Source of the DNA: Candidatus Aminicenantes bacterium
GTDB lineage: Bacteria; Acidobacteriota; Aminicenantia; Aminicenantales; JAFGBC01
Direction of reading: 5' to 3'
DNA length: 64,000 nucleotides
NCBI GenBank assembly: GCA_963702005.1
Contig: OY969696.1
Span: 1,216,001-1,280,000, forward strand
The position numbers were made by a program, and so were the translations under genes. The notes beneath the pieces are model-generated. The model was not told the DNA's origin. It saw only the letters and a program-made list of their open reading frames with translations, and did no database searches. This document shows positions 18,678-28,771 of this stretch, piece by piece (the first letter of the stretch is position 1; each line of letters opens with the position of its first letter).

Positions 18678-20739
18678 CGAGGGGGCGGCCGCCGCCGTCG
18701 GAGGGACTGGGGCCGAGCTTTTTCTTGAGCTCGGATAAAAACTCGGAGTGGACGGCGAAACCCGCCGCTTCCGCTTTCCTCACGTACTCCCAGGACAGTC
18801 GGTAGGATTCCAGCCGGAAATAGACGACGGCGATGTTATTGAGGAGGGCGCCGTTCCGGGGGGCGAGGCGCTCCATCCGGAGGTAGAGGTCGAGGGCCCG
18901 GTCGAACCGCCCGGCCTGGAATTGGAGATTCCCCAAGTTCCAGAGAGCGTCCTGACAGTCCGGGTCCAGCGCGACGGCTTCCGCGAGCTCGTGGAAGGCG
19001 TTCTCGATTTGACCCTGCCTGGCGTAGGCGATCCCCAGGTTGTTGCGGGCGAGGGCCAGCTTTGGGTCGAGGTCCAGAGCACGCCGGGCCTCGGCGATCG
19101 CTTCGTCCGTCATCCCCTTCTCCAGGAAGGCGAAGCTGAGGTTGAGATGGGTTTTGGCGGAATGAAAGCCGAGCTCCTGGGCCAGGCGGATCTCCCCAAT
19201 CCCCTCGTCCACGCTCTTGCGGCGGAGGAGGCAGTATCCCAAACTGGCATGGGCCTCGCCGAACCGAGGTTTGAGCTCCACGGCCTTCCGAAAATGGGCC
19301 TCGGCCTCCTCGAGCCGGTCCTGGTCGAACAGACAGATTCCCAAATTGAAATAGGGCTTCTCGTAATTGGGATCGAAGGCAAGGGCTTTCCGGTACGAGG
19401 CGATGGCCTCCTCGGTCCGTCCCTGCTCATGGAGAATGTTGCCCAGGACGTTGTGAGCCGAGGGAAGGTCGGGAGCCAGCTCCAGAGCCTTTTGGACTTC
19501 GGCCAGGGCCCTATCTCCGTCCTTGTCCTGGAGATAGACCTCGGCCGCGTTGGCGTGAGTGAGGGCGAACGATGGACAAATTTCCATGGCCTTGACGAAC
19601 GAGGCTCGAGCCTCCTCCCGCCTGCCTTCCCGGAGAGCGAGCTCGCCGAGGTTGTTATAGGCCTCGGCGAAATTGGGCTTGAGGGTCAGGGCCCGCTCAT
19701 AGGCGGCGCGGGCCTCGACGAGGTCGCCCCGTTCGGCCAGGGCGATGCCCAGGTTGTAGACGACCTTGGATTGGCCGGGGTTCCCGCGCAGGATGTCCCC
19801 GTAGATTTCCACGGCCTCTCCGATCGCTCCCTGTCTCCGGCGGGCGATCCCGATCACGTTGCGCGTTTCGATGTTGTCCGGGTTGATCGAGAGGGCGGTC
19901 CGGCAGGCCTCGATCGTTTCCACGAACCGTTTCTGCTCGAGGCGAATCTGGGCCAGCATGAGGTAAGGGTCGTCGAGATGGAAGGGGTCCGGCTTGCCGT
20001 CCGGCCCGGCCGCGCCCCGGATGCCGGGCTTGAGCCGGTTCGCCCGGTCCTCGCCCCCCGGCGCGGCCCGGACCGCCGACCCGATGGATTCATAGATCGC
20101 AGCCAACGCTTCCCAGTTCTGACGGGGGAGGGGAAAATCGATGCCGTTGAATGTCCGCTCCCGGCACAAGCGAATGACTTCCGCGTTCCGGGCGTCGAAG
20201 TCGTCGCCTTGGACGAAACAGTCCATGACCGATTCGGGATCGGGAACATGGACGGCCCCGAACAGATGCCCCATTTCATGCTTGAGGGTTCGGGAGCTCA
20301 GGGGAAGCTGCCGGAGATCCAGGAAAATGATGATCCCCTCCTTGAATAGGGTGAATCCGGTATAGCCCGTCTCGATCCCAGCCTGACTTGTGAAAACGAC
20401 CAAGACCTCACAGCCTTCCTTATCGATGCGGGCGTCGACGGCGCGGCCTATATCTTCCAAGGTATGCAGGGAGGGCTCTGAGATCCAAGCGTCGATTTTG
20501 CGAACGACGACACGGAGGCCGAAGCCGCTTTCGAAATCGGCGGAAACCGACCGGACCAGAGACTCCGCCCTCGCCAGCCATCCCGGGGCGGACCGGAATT
20601 CCTCATCGGCCAGGAGTTTGACGCCGATCTCCCGAAGGCCGCCGGCCGGGGCGGACGCCGCCGTCCGCACGCATGCCATTAGAAGAGCCAGACAGACCGA
20701 TCGACGGATAGACTTTAAAGTCACGAAGTCCCTTTTCAT
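18646..20739 (-). CDS. Secreted metzincin zinc metallopeptidase fused to a long TPR array
   Basis: Signal peptide; HEMGHLFGAVH plus Met-turn SVMD; more than 10 TPRs. Confidence 0.8.
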   Translation of the reverse strand: MKRDFVTLKSIRRSVCLALLMACVRTAASAPAGGLREIGVKLLADEEFRSAPGWLARAESLVRSVSADFESGFGLRVVVRKIDAWISEPSLHTLEDIGRAVDARIDKEGCEVLVVFTSQAGIETGYTGFTLFKEGIIIFLDLRQLPLSSRTLKHEMGHLFGAVHVPDPESVMDCFVQGDDFDARNAEVIRLCRERTFNGIDFPLPRQNWEALAAIYESIGSAVRAAPGGEDRANRLKPGIRGAAGPDGKPDPFHLDDPYLMLAQIRLEQKRFVETIEACRTALSINPDNIETRNVIGIARRRQGAIGEAVEIYGDILRGNPGQSKVVYNLGIALAERGDLVEARAAYERALTLKPNFAEAYNNLGELALREGRREEARASFVKAMEICPSFALTHANAAEVYLQDKDGDRALAEVQKALELAPDLPSAHNVLGNILHEQGRTEEAIASYRKALAFDPNYEKPYFNLGICLFDQDRLEEAEAHFRKAVELKPRFGEAHASLGYCLLRRKSVDEGIGEIRLAQELGFHSAKTHLNLSFAFLEKGMTDEAIAEARRALDLDPKLALARNNLGIAYARQGQIENAFHELAEAVALDPDCQDALWNLGNLQFQAGRFDRALDLYLRMERLAPRNGALLNNIAVVYFRLESYRLSWEYVRKAEAAGFAVHSEFLSELKKKLGPSPSDGGGRPLGTSQPLDSTA

Positions 20740-20811
20740 TATAATCATAGCACAAGCTGTCCGAATGATTTATTACCTGCTATAATACCCCCCCAGTTGG
20801 AAGAGGAAGCG

Positions 20812-22983
20812 ATGCGTTTGCGAATAACCTTCTGCCTGATTTCGCTCTTAATTACGGCTCTCCCGGCTCTAAGCCAGGGGCGGGTCCTGAGGGCCTTCCG
20901 GGTCGAGAAGGGCCCGGCCGTCGACGGCCGGCTCGACGACGAAGTCTGGTCCCGGGCCGTTCCTTTCAGCGGGTTCCGGATGCTCTTCCCTTACCCCGAG
21001 AGCGACCCGACCGAACGGACCGAGCTCCGCGTCCTCTACGACGATGACAATCTCTATATCGGAGTCAGCTGCTTCGACCGTGATCCCTCCAAGATCGCGG
21101 CCAACAGCATGGCCCACGACGCGGATGAAGACTATCACGGCGGCGGAAGCGAGGACATCGTCCGCGTCTTGCTCGATCCGTTCCAGGACAAACGGAACGC
21201 CTATATCTTCTTCGTGAACGCGCGGGGCGCCCGGAGCGAGGGCCTCGCCTTCGGCGAACACTACAGCCTCAACTGGGACGGCATCTGGGACGCCCGAAGC
21301 CGGATCGGCCGGGACGGCTGGAGCGCCGAGCTGCGGATTCCCTTTAAAACGATCTCCTTCAAGCCGGGGCTGACTTCCTGGGGCATTAACGTCGAGCGCT
21401 ATATCCCCCGCAAGCAGGAGACGATCCGGCTGAGCGGGACGCGGCGCGACAGCTTGTTTTACAACCCCGCCGAAGCCGCGCCGCTCGAGGGGATCGCGGA
21501 CATCCGGCAGGGGAAGGGGATCACCTTCCGCCCCTACGGGACGGCGAGCGCCTACAAAGACCATACCAGGGCGGTGGCGACCGATCTATCCCTGGACGGC
21601 GGTTTCGACATTTACAAGAATTTCACGCCCAATTTCGTCGGCGCTTTCAGCTACAACACGGACTTTGCCGAGACCGAGGTCGATGAGCGGCGGATCAACC
21701 TGACCCGCTTCCCCATCTATTTTCCCGAGAAGCGGACTTTCTTCCTGGAGGGCTCTGAGATCTTCAACTTCGGGACGACCGATGAGGAGAGCTTCGTTCC
21801 CTTCTTCAGCCGAAGGATCGGACTATCCCAAGGCCGTCCCGTCCCGGTCGCTTTCGGGACCAAGCTGTTCGGGAAGCTGGGCGAGACCAACCTGGCCGTT
21901 CTCGATGTCCGGACCGAGGCCTTGAACGGCCTCCCGGCCGAGAACTTCCTGGCCGCCCGCGTCAGCCGGAACATCCTTGAGCAGAGCAAGGTCGGATTCA
22001 TCCTCACCAATGGGAGCCCGACCGGGGAACGGAACACGCTGGCCGGGTTCGACCTCGTTTATAAGACGTCCCGTTTCCGGAGCGACCGGAACTTCGGCGT
22101 CGGCGGTTGGTACGTCCACAACTGGAACGCGATCAAGTCCGGGCATCATCAGGGCTTCGGTTTCAAGATCGACTACCCCAACGACCTCTGGGATATCGCA
22201 GCGAGCTACTCGTATTATGGAGACGGGCTCGACCCCGGGCTCGGCTTCCTGGCCCGGCCCGGCGTCCAGTCCTTCAGCTTCGGGGTCGATTACCAACCCC
22301 GGCCCGAGAAAGGATTCGTAGGCCGGCTTGTCCGCCAGTTCTTCTACCAGCTCGAGTTTTCCTTGGTCTGGGACCTGGCCGGCCGGCTCGAAACGCGCCA
22401 ACTCTTCCTGGCCCCCCTCAACCTGACGACCGAGAGCGGAGAGCGGGTCGAGTTCAACATTATGCCCAACCGCGACGTCCTTCCCTTCGACTTCGAGGTC
22501 GCCGACGGCGTCGTCCTCCCTCGCGGCGCCTACGGCTTCACGAACTACCGGGTCGAATTGAGCACGGCCTCCTTCCGGCCCTGGTCCGGCGGGATCTTCT
22601 GGCATTTCGGCCCCTGGTACTCCGGGCGCTACCACGACGCCGAGTTTGAGCTGAGCCTCAAGTTCAAGGGCTACGCGACGTTGGGGTTTAACGCGAACTT
22701 CGTCCGGGGCCGGCTCCCCCAGGGGAACTTCAACCAGAACGTCTACCAGCTCAAGGCCGATGTGTTTCTGTCCCCCGACCTCGGCCTCATGAACTACATC
22801 CAATACGACGACGTTTCCAGGCTCCTCGGCGCGAGCGTCCGTTTCCGCTGGCGGATCTCGCCGGGGAACGAGATCTACATCGTCTACAATAAAAACTGGG
22901 AGCGGCGCTGGAACCCCCTGAGCCGTTTCGTGCCGCTCGAGGAGCGCGCCGTCTTCAAGATCACCCTCAGCGTCCGGCCTTGA
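20812..22983 (+). CDS. CBM9-like domain plus DUF5916 outer-membrane protein
   Basis: VDGRLDDEVW, VLYDDDNLY, WSAELRIPF, DFAETEVD..INLTRF..FPEKRTFFLEG, FFSRRIG. Confidence 0.8.
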   Translation: MRLRITFCLISLLITALPALSQGRVLRAFRVEKGPAVDGRLDDEVWSRAVPFSGFRMLFPYPESDPTERTELRVLYDDDNLYIGVSCFDRDPSKIAANSMAHDADEDYHGGGSEDIVRVLLDPFQDKRNAYIFFVNARGARSEGLAFGEHYSLNWDGIWDARSRIGRDGWSAELRIPFKTISFKPGLTSWGINVERYIPRKQETIRLSGTRRDSLFYNPAEAAPLEGIADIRQGKGITFRPYGTASAYKDHTRAVATDLSLDGGFDIYKNFTPNFVGAFSYNTDFAETEVDERRINLTRFPIYFPEKRTFFLEGSEIFNFGTTDEESFVPFFSRRIGLSQGRPVPVAFGTKLFGKLGETNLAVLDVRTEALNGLPAENFLAARVSRNILEQSKVGFILTNGSPTGERNTLAGFDLVYKTSRFRSDRNFGVGGWYVHNWNAIKSGHHQGFGFKIDYPNDLWDIAASYSYYGDGLDPGLGFLARPGVQSFSFGVDYQPRPEKGFVGRLVRQFFYQLEFSLVWDLAGRLETRQLFLAPLNLTTESGERVEFNIMPNRDVLPFDFEVADGVVLPRGAYGFTNYRVELSTASFRPWSGGIFWHFGPWYSGRYHDAEFELSLKFKGYATLGFNANFVRGRLPQGNFNQNVYQLKADVFLSPDLGLMNYIQYDDVSRLLGASVRFRWRISPGNEIYIVYNKNWERRWNPLSRFVPLEERAVFKITLSVRP

Positions 22984-23083
22984 TAATCGTGCGACTCGGA
23001 TCTTATGATCCAGGGGTTTAATGAGATAAACGGCCGCCTTGCTCGTCTTATCTACTGAAGGCCAAAGAGGGCCAAAAGATAAC

Positions 23084-23112
23084 TTGACTTTTCAGACTTT
23101 CGGGAGTAACAT
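23084..23112 (+). promoter_or_regulatory. sigma70 promoter upstream of the NYN leader
   Basis: TTGACT (23084-89)-17 nt-TAACAT (23107-12). Confidence 0.65.
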
Positions 23113-23124
23113 TAATTTAGAATT

Positions 23125-23171
23125 TAGTCCCCGTTGGATCAGTCGAGAGACCTCCGGCGGGGTTATTTTTT
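23125..23171 (+). ncRNA. Putative leader/small RNA hairpin with GAGA tetraloop and U-tract
   Basis: CCCCGTTGGA/TCCGGCGGGG stem, inner GTC-GAGA-GAC, then TTATTTTTT directly before the NYN RBS. Confidence 0.5.
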
Positions 23172-23181
23172 GGGGGGGATC

Positions 23182-23814
23182 TTGAAGGATGAACCAATCC
23201 TAAAGCGAACTTACGTTTTCTTTGACGGCCAGAATTTTTTCTATGCAGCGAAGGAAGCCTTTGGATACAGATATCCCAATTTCGCGCCCTGGCTTCTTTC
23301 GAAAAAGATTTGCACTATTCAAGGCTGGATTCTGGACAAGACCCATTTCTATACAGGAATTCCCTCCCGCCAGGACGATCCTTTCTGGTCCGGATTCTGG
23401 ACCAAAAAATTGACGGTCATGGGAACGCGAGGAGTCCGCGTCTATTCCCGAGAACTCCGTTATCGGAATAAATCCATTCGTTTGGAGGACGGAACCGAAA
23501 AAACCGTACTCGTCGGCCAAGAAAAGGGCATAGATATCCGTATTGCCCTTGATGTCATTCGTTTCGCTTGGGATGATCATTTTGACGTGGCGCTCATTAT
23601 TTCTCAAGATCAAGATCTCTCCGAGGTCGCTCAGGAAATCCGAAGGATCGCGGTTTGCCAGGGACGTTGGATAAAGATCGCATCGGCTTTTCCTTTTTCG
23701 CCCACTTGCGGAAACAAGCGAGGGATCGATAAAACTGATTGGATCAGGATCGAAAAGGATTTATATGACTCGTGTCTTGATCCGACCGATTATCGGCCGA
23801 AGGCGCCGCGATAA
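23182..23814 (+). CDS. NYN (LabA/DUF88, PIN-like) domain nuclease
   Basis: FFDGQNFF, EKGIDIRIALD, ISQDQDLSE acidic motifs; probable TTG start at 23182 after a G-rich RBS. Confidence 0.88.
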   Translation: MKDEPILKRTYVFFDGQNFFYAAKEAFGYRYPNFAPWLLSKKICTIQGWILDKTHFYTGIPSRQDDPFWSGFWTKKLTVMGTRGVRVYSRELRYRNKSIRLEDGTEKTVLVGQEKGIDIRIALDVIRFAWDDHFDVALIISQDQDLSEVAQEIRRIAVCQGRWIKIASAFPFSPTCGNKRGIDKTDWIRIEKDLYDSCLDPTDYRPKAPR

Positions 23815-23883
23815 ACGATTCTAGATTTTTGATCCCTATCCTGGAAATGATATCTGAAGCAGCAAAGGCGCGTCATATATTAT

Positions 23884-24201
23884 ATGAATCGGCGCCACAT
23901 TAGGAAGAAAAGCCCAGCCGGTTTCTTGATCCGGAGAAAGCTAAAGCGGCCAAGAATCGGAGAAACCTTACAAACGAGAGAGGGAGAGGCAAGGATCATC
24001 GCGGTTATGGGCTTTAAAGATGCTGTCGAGGAAATGAGAAGAAATGGTGTTAGCCTGGAGGATATTAAACGGTTCGATCTCAGGGTCGTGCATTTTCTCG
24101 GTTTGAGGAGCCGATATTTTGAATGCGAAGTGGAATTGCCTGACGGGGAAATACTGCGTCTCGATTGGAGCGAATATTTTTCGCTTTTCAACGAACCCTG
24201 A
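23884..24201 (+). CDS. Hypothetical protein
   Basis: 105-aa ORF in the low-GC islet, no recognisable motif. Confidence 0.45.
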   Translation: MNRRHIRKKSPAGFLIRRKLKRPRIGETLQTREGEARIIAVMGFKDAVEEMRRNGVSLEDIKRFDLRVVHFLGLRSRYFECEVELPDGEILRLDWSEYFSLFNEP

Positions 24202-24241
24202 AAAATAAAGTTGGGCGTTCGTACAGGAATCTGGATGTCGG

Positions 24242-27200
24242 TTAAGGTTTTGTTGTTTTTTTCCCTTGGATGTACCAACGTTCCAATACTTCGATGAGTT
24301 GAGTTCGGATTCGGTCATCGCTCGTCCGGCTTTCCGCAAGTTCGCTAAAAATCGCATTCGCCCTCTTTATCCTGTCTTTCATGCGGCCGAAAACGGCCCG
24401 GCACGCTTCTTTGTTGAGTGGGACCGTGACAGGGCCGCTTATCCCGTAGTTTGCCAGATGAAAGGCGAGCTCGGCTTGTTCCCGGGATCGATATTCCATG
24501 CGAATTTTACCCGCTTTGCCGAAGCAGACCGTATTCAATTCGAAAAGCGGATTATCAGGGAGGAATGCGGGCTTATCTTCGGGGATTTCGATTTCGGATT
24601 TGGCCTCGGGCTGCTTTGCCAACCATTCCCTCAAAGGCGTTTTGTCTTCGATTTCGGCCGCGTCCCAGATATCAAGCGCTAAATCTTCAACGCTCAGGCG
24701 CCGCCTTTCGGTTTTAGCACGTTGCTCCATTTTGCTAATTTCGACGATCCTAATTTCCCGAAAATGCCGGGCGGTCGTCTCATAAAGACTAGTAATAAGC
24801 TCCGCCCGTTCTTGGGCATCTGCTATTCCAAGGAGTTCGAGCACAGCATCGTCGAGAGCGCGACGGTCTCGGTGAGCTAGCTCTTTTGGAATAACAATCG
24901 GACCCGAATCGATTCGATGGGCAAGTTCCGGATCATGACATTCCATCAGTTGATCTTCGACCAACCGTCCGACTTCCCGGCGGGACATTTCACCCAAAGC
25001 GGAAACGAGTTTTTTGGCGAGCTTGACCGATATCCGGCGCGGGTCGGGTACCTCTATGAGCTTGACATCAACGACTTCAGTCTTTAGGTTGCCTTCCGTT
25101 CCTGCATATCGGCCATAAAATGTTTTAAATAGACCGACAAGGGTAGAGTTTAAAACGGCTACAAAAGCTTTTGCTTGCAAAGCGGACTTGTCGTTGGGAG
25201 TAATGTCAAATAGATTGTGATTGCATATGAGATGTTCCGGATTGGCGGCAATAATATGTCTATATTGTTGAGCCATAGGCCAGAAGGCGAAGCCGGGGCG
25301 GACGAGGCCGGTCAGGTCGTACCAAAGCCCCCGCGCGGCGCATGTCGAGCGTTTGGGCAATGGAACTGGTTTCGACTTCATGGAGGCGAATGTTGTGGTG
25401 CTTCCGTACCGGATGTATCGCCAGACCCAGGGGGCCTTGTTCTTGAGCTTGGAGAGAGGCTCACCGGCGAGAAGAACGACGCGGTCCAGGTCGGCCGCTA
25501 TAACAACCGGCCTGTCCACTTTCATCAGGCTGTGGACTTCGGGTGCAATGTATTCCGCTTCGATCGGATGAATGACGCCGTTGCCGTCCTTGATGATCTT
25601 GAGTTTCCCCGAGACGACTTCTTTAAGGGGAGCTCCGTTCGTGTTCTCGCAGAAGGCGCGATCGCTTGAATGCTTTTCCAACATTTCTTGGGTAACATCT
25701 CTGGGCATGAAAAAAGCGTCACAGCCGCTTTTTACGCCAAAACGAATATCCGCGATTTCTCCGAGCCGAATAAATTTGTTGCCGAACCGGCGCATGATTT
25801 CGAAATAGAAATCCGGCGCTCGAAGATAGCGGCCCCATTTTCCCGCAGCGTAAGCGCCTGCCGCAGAGGAAATAGTTGTAGAGCCGGCGCTCTTTGAAGC
25901 TAATTCATCTGAGGCCTCTAGTTCCTCATCATCCGATTCTTCGAATAGTCGGTTCTTATCTCCTAAGACGTCGCCGGCGCGGATCCCATCTTCCCATAAA
26001 AGTTTTTGATCTTTAATAATGATTCTAATATCTTCGTCGGCGAAATCGGCTTCCGCTTTAAGAATCCGGGTTCTCAGCTTTTCGAATGCGGCCTGACGCT
26101 TCGTTTCGTCGGACTCGGGCTGGATTCCGATGATGTCCGTGAGTTTTCGATTAAACCGGACGAAGCGGACCCGGTTGTTCATGCGAAGCGCTTCATTCGC
26201 GCATTCTTGAAGGATCGTGACGCAGGTTTTAACACGGGCGTCCTCAAACCAGGGTTCGGCCGCGCTTTCCATGATCGCTAAGATACGAAAATGACTAAGA
26301 ATCCATCCTTGAAGTGGGAATCCGTACTCGACGTCAAGCCAGGAGGAGCTTGTCAGGAAACCGAAATAGCCGCCATTCTCCAACCGGCGAGCGGCCGCCG
26401 GCCAGAAATAACAATGGAGATCGCTCCGTCCGCTCAATCCTATACCGGGATAAGCAGATTCGGCTAAAAGCCCATATCGGGTCTTTTCTTCCTTCTCAAT
26501 TTTTTCTTGGCGGACATAGGGAGGATTGCCAACGACTGCATCCAATGCGGGAAGTGAGATCCGAGCTTGACCTCCCGAAGAGTTAGGGATCGTACAAAAC
26601 GGTTTTTTCGGGGCCAAGTCGAAAAAATTGTTCCTCGTGATTCGGGGGTAGTTCGCTTCTTCATTGATTTCACGGGCGGCCAGATTCAGCGTGGCCAGAT
26701 GCGCGGGGTAAAGAGCGATATCGCAACCGAACAGCTCGCCGAGGAGGGCTAGATGAGAGCGGCGAGGATTCATATGTCTCTTGCGATAATAGGCGCGGAC
26801 CAGGAATGACCCTGATCCGCATGCCGGGTCGAGAATCTTCGCATCCGCTTTGCGAACGCAGAAGCAATTGATGAGATCGACGACATCATCCGCCGTAAAA
26901 TGCTGACCGAAGCGGTGGCGTTCTTCGGGACCGATGAGTTTTTGAAATATCCGGCCGACGACGTCGGAGGAAACCTCATGAAAATCGATCGGCTCAATGC
27001 CCTTAAGCAATCCGCGCCAGGCGTCTAAGGCGTTCGTCGATTGAAAGATCAAACCGGTCGCCCAATCTCGCTCCTTGGGCATCAAGAGAGGTTCGTAATC
27101 GCCGCTTCGCTCGACCGCTCGTTGAAAGAAACGGTTGAGCGCCTGGACGGCGTCCTCCGATGTCTTTATCGAAGGCTTAATGTCAAGACGGGGCAACTCC

Positions 27201-27988
27201 GGAAACCGAGCCCGTAAGGCTTTATAAAAGATCAATCTATTTGCCCATATGTAAGCGAGTGTCCTCGCCATGTTTTTTACCGATTTCTCCCATTCGTCAC
27301 GCGGGCTACGGACGAACGTCCTATCCTGATCGGACATCCACTGTTCGACGCGGGATGAAAAAACTTTGCTGCGATCGGCTTGCTCCAGAATATATGAAGA
27401 GACGAGCTCGATCGGCCAGTCGAGATGGCTGTTCAGGGATTGTATAAAAACGTCGTCCGCGGGAAGAGCCCATTCCCGCCTTCGGCCGCCGATGATATCC
27501 GCGATTTCCCGGAGGAGGCCGGGGATGAATCGGGTCTTGATATGATTAAGGTTGTCTTCGAGCGCGACTTCATATTGATCCCGCAGGGGCCGATCCAAAC
27601 GCCATTGTGCGACTCTTCGGTCTAAAAGGGGCTTGTCCCAGAGGCTTCTGTCCCAGAGCACGAATTCATTGACGTTCCAAGTGAAAAAGAATTGGGTCCC
27701 TAAGTTGTCTGACTTTCGAGCGGCGTCCTGGCAGAGCTCGGAGTCGAAAGGAGACCGTCCTTCGAGAGTCCCCGGGAGCTTGACCTCGCCGCAAAGAATC
27801 AGCGTTCCGTTCTTATCGAAAAAGCGAATATCGGAACGTTTTCGCGCGGAGGGGCCCCTTCCAAGGCCTTCCACCCTCGCAGATTGAATCGGGTTTATTG
27901 CCGGATCTTTCTCGGCGAGGGCTGTAACGGCGGTAGCGATCTGGCTGCAGAAATCGATTTCGTGGATGCCTGTCCTATTGGAATCCAC
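24242..27988 (-). CDS. Type IIG-like fused restriction endonuclease / N6-adenine methyltransferase
   Basis: N-terminal SD..GEVK (PD-(D/E)xK-like), GQHFT, DPACGSGSFL, GNPPYVRQE, C-terminal TRD-like region; RBS AGGAG. Confidence 0.85.
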   Translation of the reverse strand: MDSNRTGIHEIDFCSQIATAVTALAEKDPAINPIQSARVEGLGRGPSARKRSDIRFFDKNGTLILCGEVKLPGTLEGRSPFDSELCQDAARKSDNLGTQFFFTWNVNEFVLWDRSLWDKPLLDRRVAQWRLDRPLRDQYEVALEDNLNHIKTRFIPGLLREIADIIGGRRREWALPADDVFIQSLNSHLDWPIELVSSYILEQADRSKVFSSRVEQWMSDQDRTFVRSPRDEWEKSVKNMARTLAYIWANRLIFYKALRARFPELPRLDIKPSIKTSEDAVQALNRFFQRAVERSGDYEPLLMPKERDWATGLIFQSTNALDAWRGLLKGIEPIDFHEVSSDVVGRIFQKLIGPEERHRFGQHFTADDVVDLINCFCVRKADAKILDPACGSGSFLVRAYYRKRHMNPRRSHLALLGELFGCDIALYPAHLATLNLAAREINEEANYPRITRNNFFDLAPKKPFCTIPNSSGGQARISLPALDAVVGNPPYVRQEKIEKEEKTRYGLLAESAYPGIGLSGRSDLHCYFWPAAARRLENGGYFGFLTSSSWLDVEYGFPLQGWILSHFRILAIMESAAEPWFEDARVKTCVTILQECANEALRMNNRVRFVRFNRKLTDIIGIQPESDETKRQAAFEKLRTRILKAEADFADEDIRIIIKDQKLLWEDGIRAGDVLGDKNRLFEESDDEELEASDELASKSAGSTTISSAAGAYAAGKWGRYLRAPDFYFEIMRRFGNKFIRLGEIADIRFGVKSGCDAFFMPRDVTQEMLEKHSSDRAFCENTNGAPLKEVVSGKLKIIKDGNGVIHPIEAEYIAPEVHSLMKVDRPVVIAADLDRVVLLAGEPLSKLKNKAPWVWRYIRYGSTTTFASMKSKPVPLPKRSTCAARGLWYDLTGLVRPGFAFWPMAQQYRHIIAANPEHLICNHNLFDITPNDKSALQAKAFVAVLNSTLVGLFKTFYGRYAGTEGNLKTEVVDVKLIEVPDPRRISVKLAKKLVSALGEMSRREVGRLVEDQLMECHDPELAHRIDSGPIVIPKELAHRDRRALDDAVLELLGIADAQERAELITSLYETTARHFREIRIVEISKMEQRAKTERRRLSVEDLALDIWDAAEIEDKTPLREWLAKQPEAKSEIEIPEDKPAFLPDNPLFELNTVCFGKAGKIRMEYRSREQAELAFHLANYGISGPVTVPLNKEACRAVFGRMKDRIKRANAIFSELAESRTSDDRIRTQLIEVLERWYIQGKKTTKP

Positions 27989-28072
27989 CTATACTCCTTC
28001 TTGTTGAACCCATCATCAGGAACTATATTTCCAGTCGGTCTCGGAAGTCAAGAAAAGGACAATAAGCCGATA

Positions 28073-28771
28073 TCAGAGCATAAAGACCAGACCGATTTCC
28101 CAGCCGGGGCAGGGGACTTTAATGAAGCTGTGCCGCTTGGGTCCGAAACGGTCGACGTAGGTATTGGCGACGTCCCGGGCCTTGCCTCCCCCCTTGACGT
28201 AAAGAAGAGCGAGATAGCGGTAGTGGACGCCCGCGGTCAGGATGATTCGCGGGACCAGCTGAGCGGCCAACCCCGCTCCTGCTTTAATGCCCACCCCGAT
28301 GTATTGGGCGTCGTGCACCGTCGTCCCTTTGAGAGCGCCGTCCCTGACCGTCAGCCAGGGGATGCTGAACCCGGCCAGGAGGTAGGGGCGGACGGGCCTT
28401 CCCCGGATTAAAAATCCCTTCCCCTCGAGTTCCACGGCGTGTAAAGTCGCTGTCCGCTCCCAACTCTGGAAGTAAGCGGTGTGGCTCGATTGCAGATAAG
28501 CGACGCTCCAGATTCCCAGCTTGATGACGCCGCCCCCTTGCACGCTGAAGCCGGCGCTGGGATCGAGCCGGGGCAAGTAGAAGGCATAGAGCGAGTCTCC
28601 CAGGATGAGCTTGCCGTCGAGTTCGCCTCCGGGCGAGGCCCGGAAGGCGGAGAAGCCGAAAAAGAGGCGAGCTTTTTCGGCGGGCGGCCACGCTGCGGCC
28701 GGCTCCTGAGCGCGGGCCCTGAGCGGACTCAGGATGGCTAAAAGAAAGAGGGTGACCGCTGTGCGTCTCAT
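28073..28771 (-). CDS. Outer-membrane beta-barrel-like exported protein
   Basis: Signal peptide, alternating beta-strand pattern, VRPYLLAG; ATGA-coupled to glmS. Confidence 0.6.
   Translation of the reverse strand: MRRTAVTLFLLAILSPLRARAQEPAAAWPPAEKARLFFGFSAFRASPGGELDGKLILGDSLYAFYLPRLDPSAGFSVQGGGVIKLGIWSVAYLQSSHTAYFQSWERTATLHAVELEGKGFLIRGRPVRPYLLAGFSIPWLTVRDGALKGTTVHDAQYIGVGIKAGAGLAAQLVPRIILTAGVHYRYLALLYVKGGGKARDVANTYVDRFGPKRHSFIKVPCPGWEIGLVFML

Noticed and set aside
18748-20349. Long antisense ORFs (also 33789-36038, 60277-62943, 5277-6521)
   Set aside because: Shadow ORFs from high-GC codon bias opposite well-supported genes
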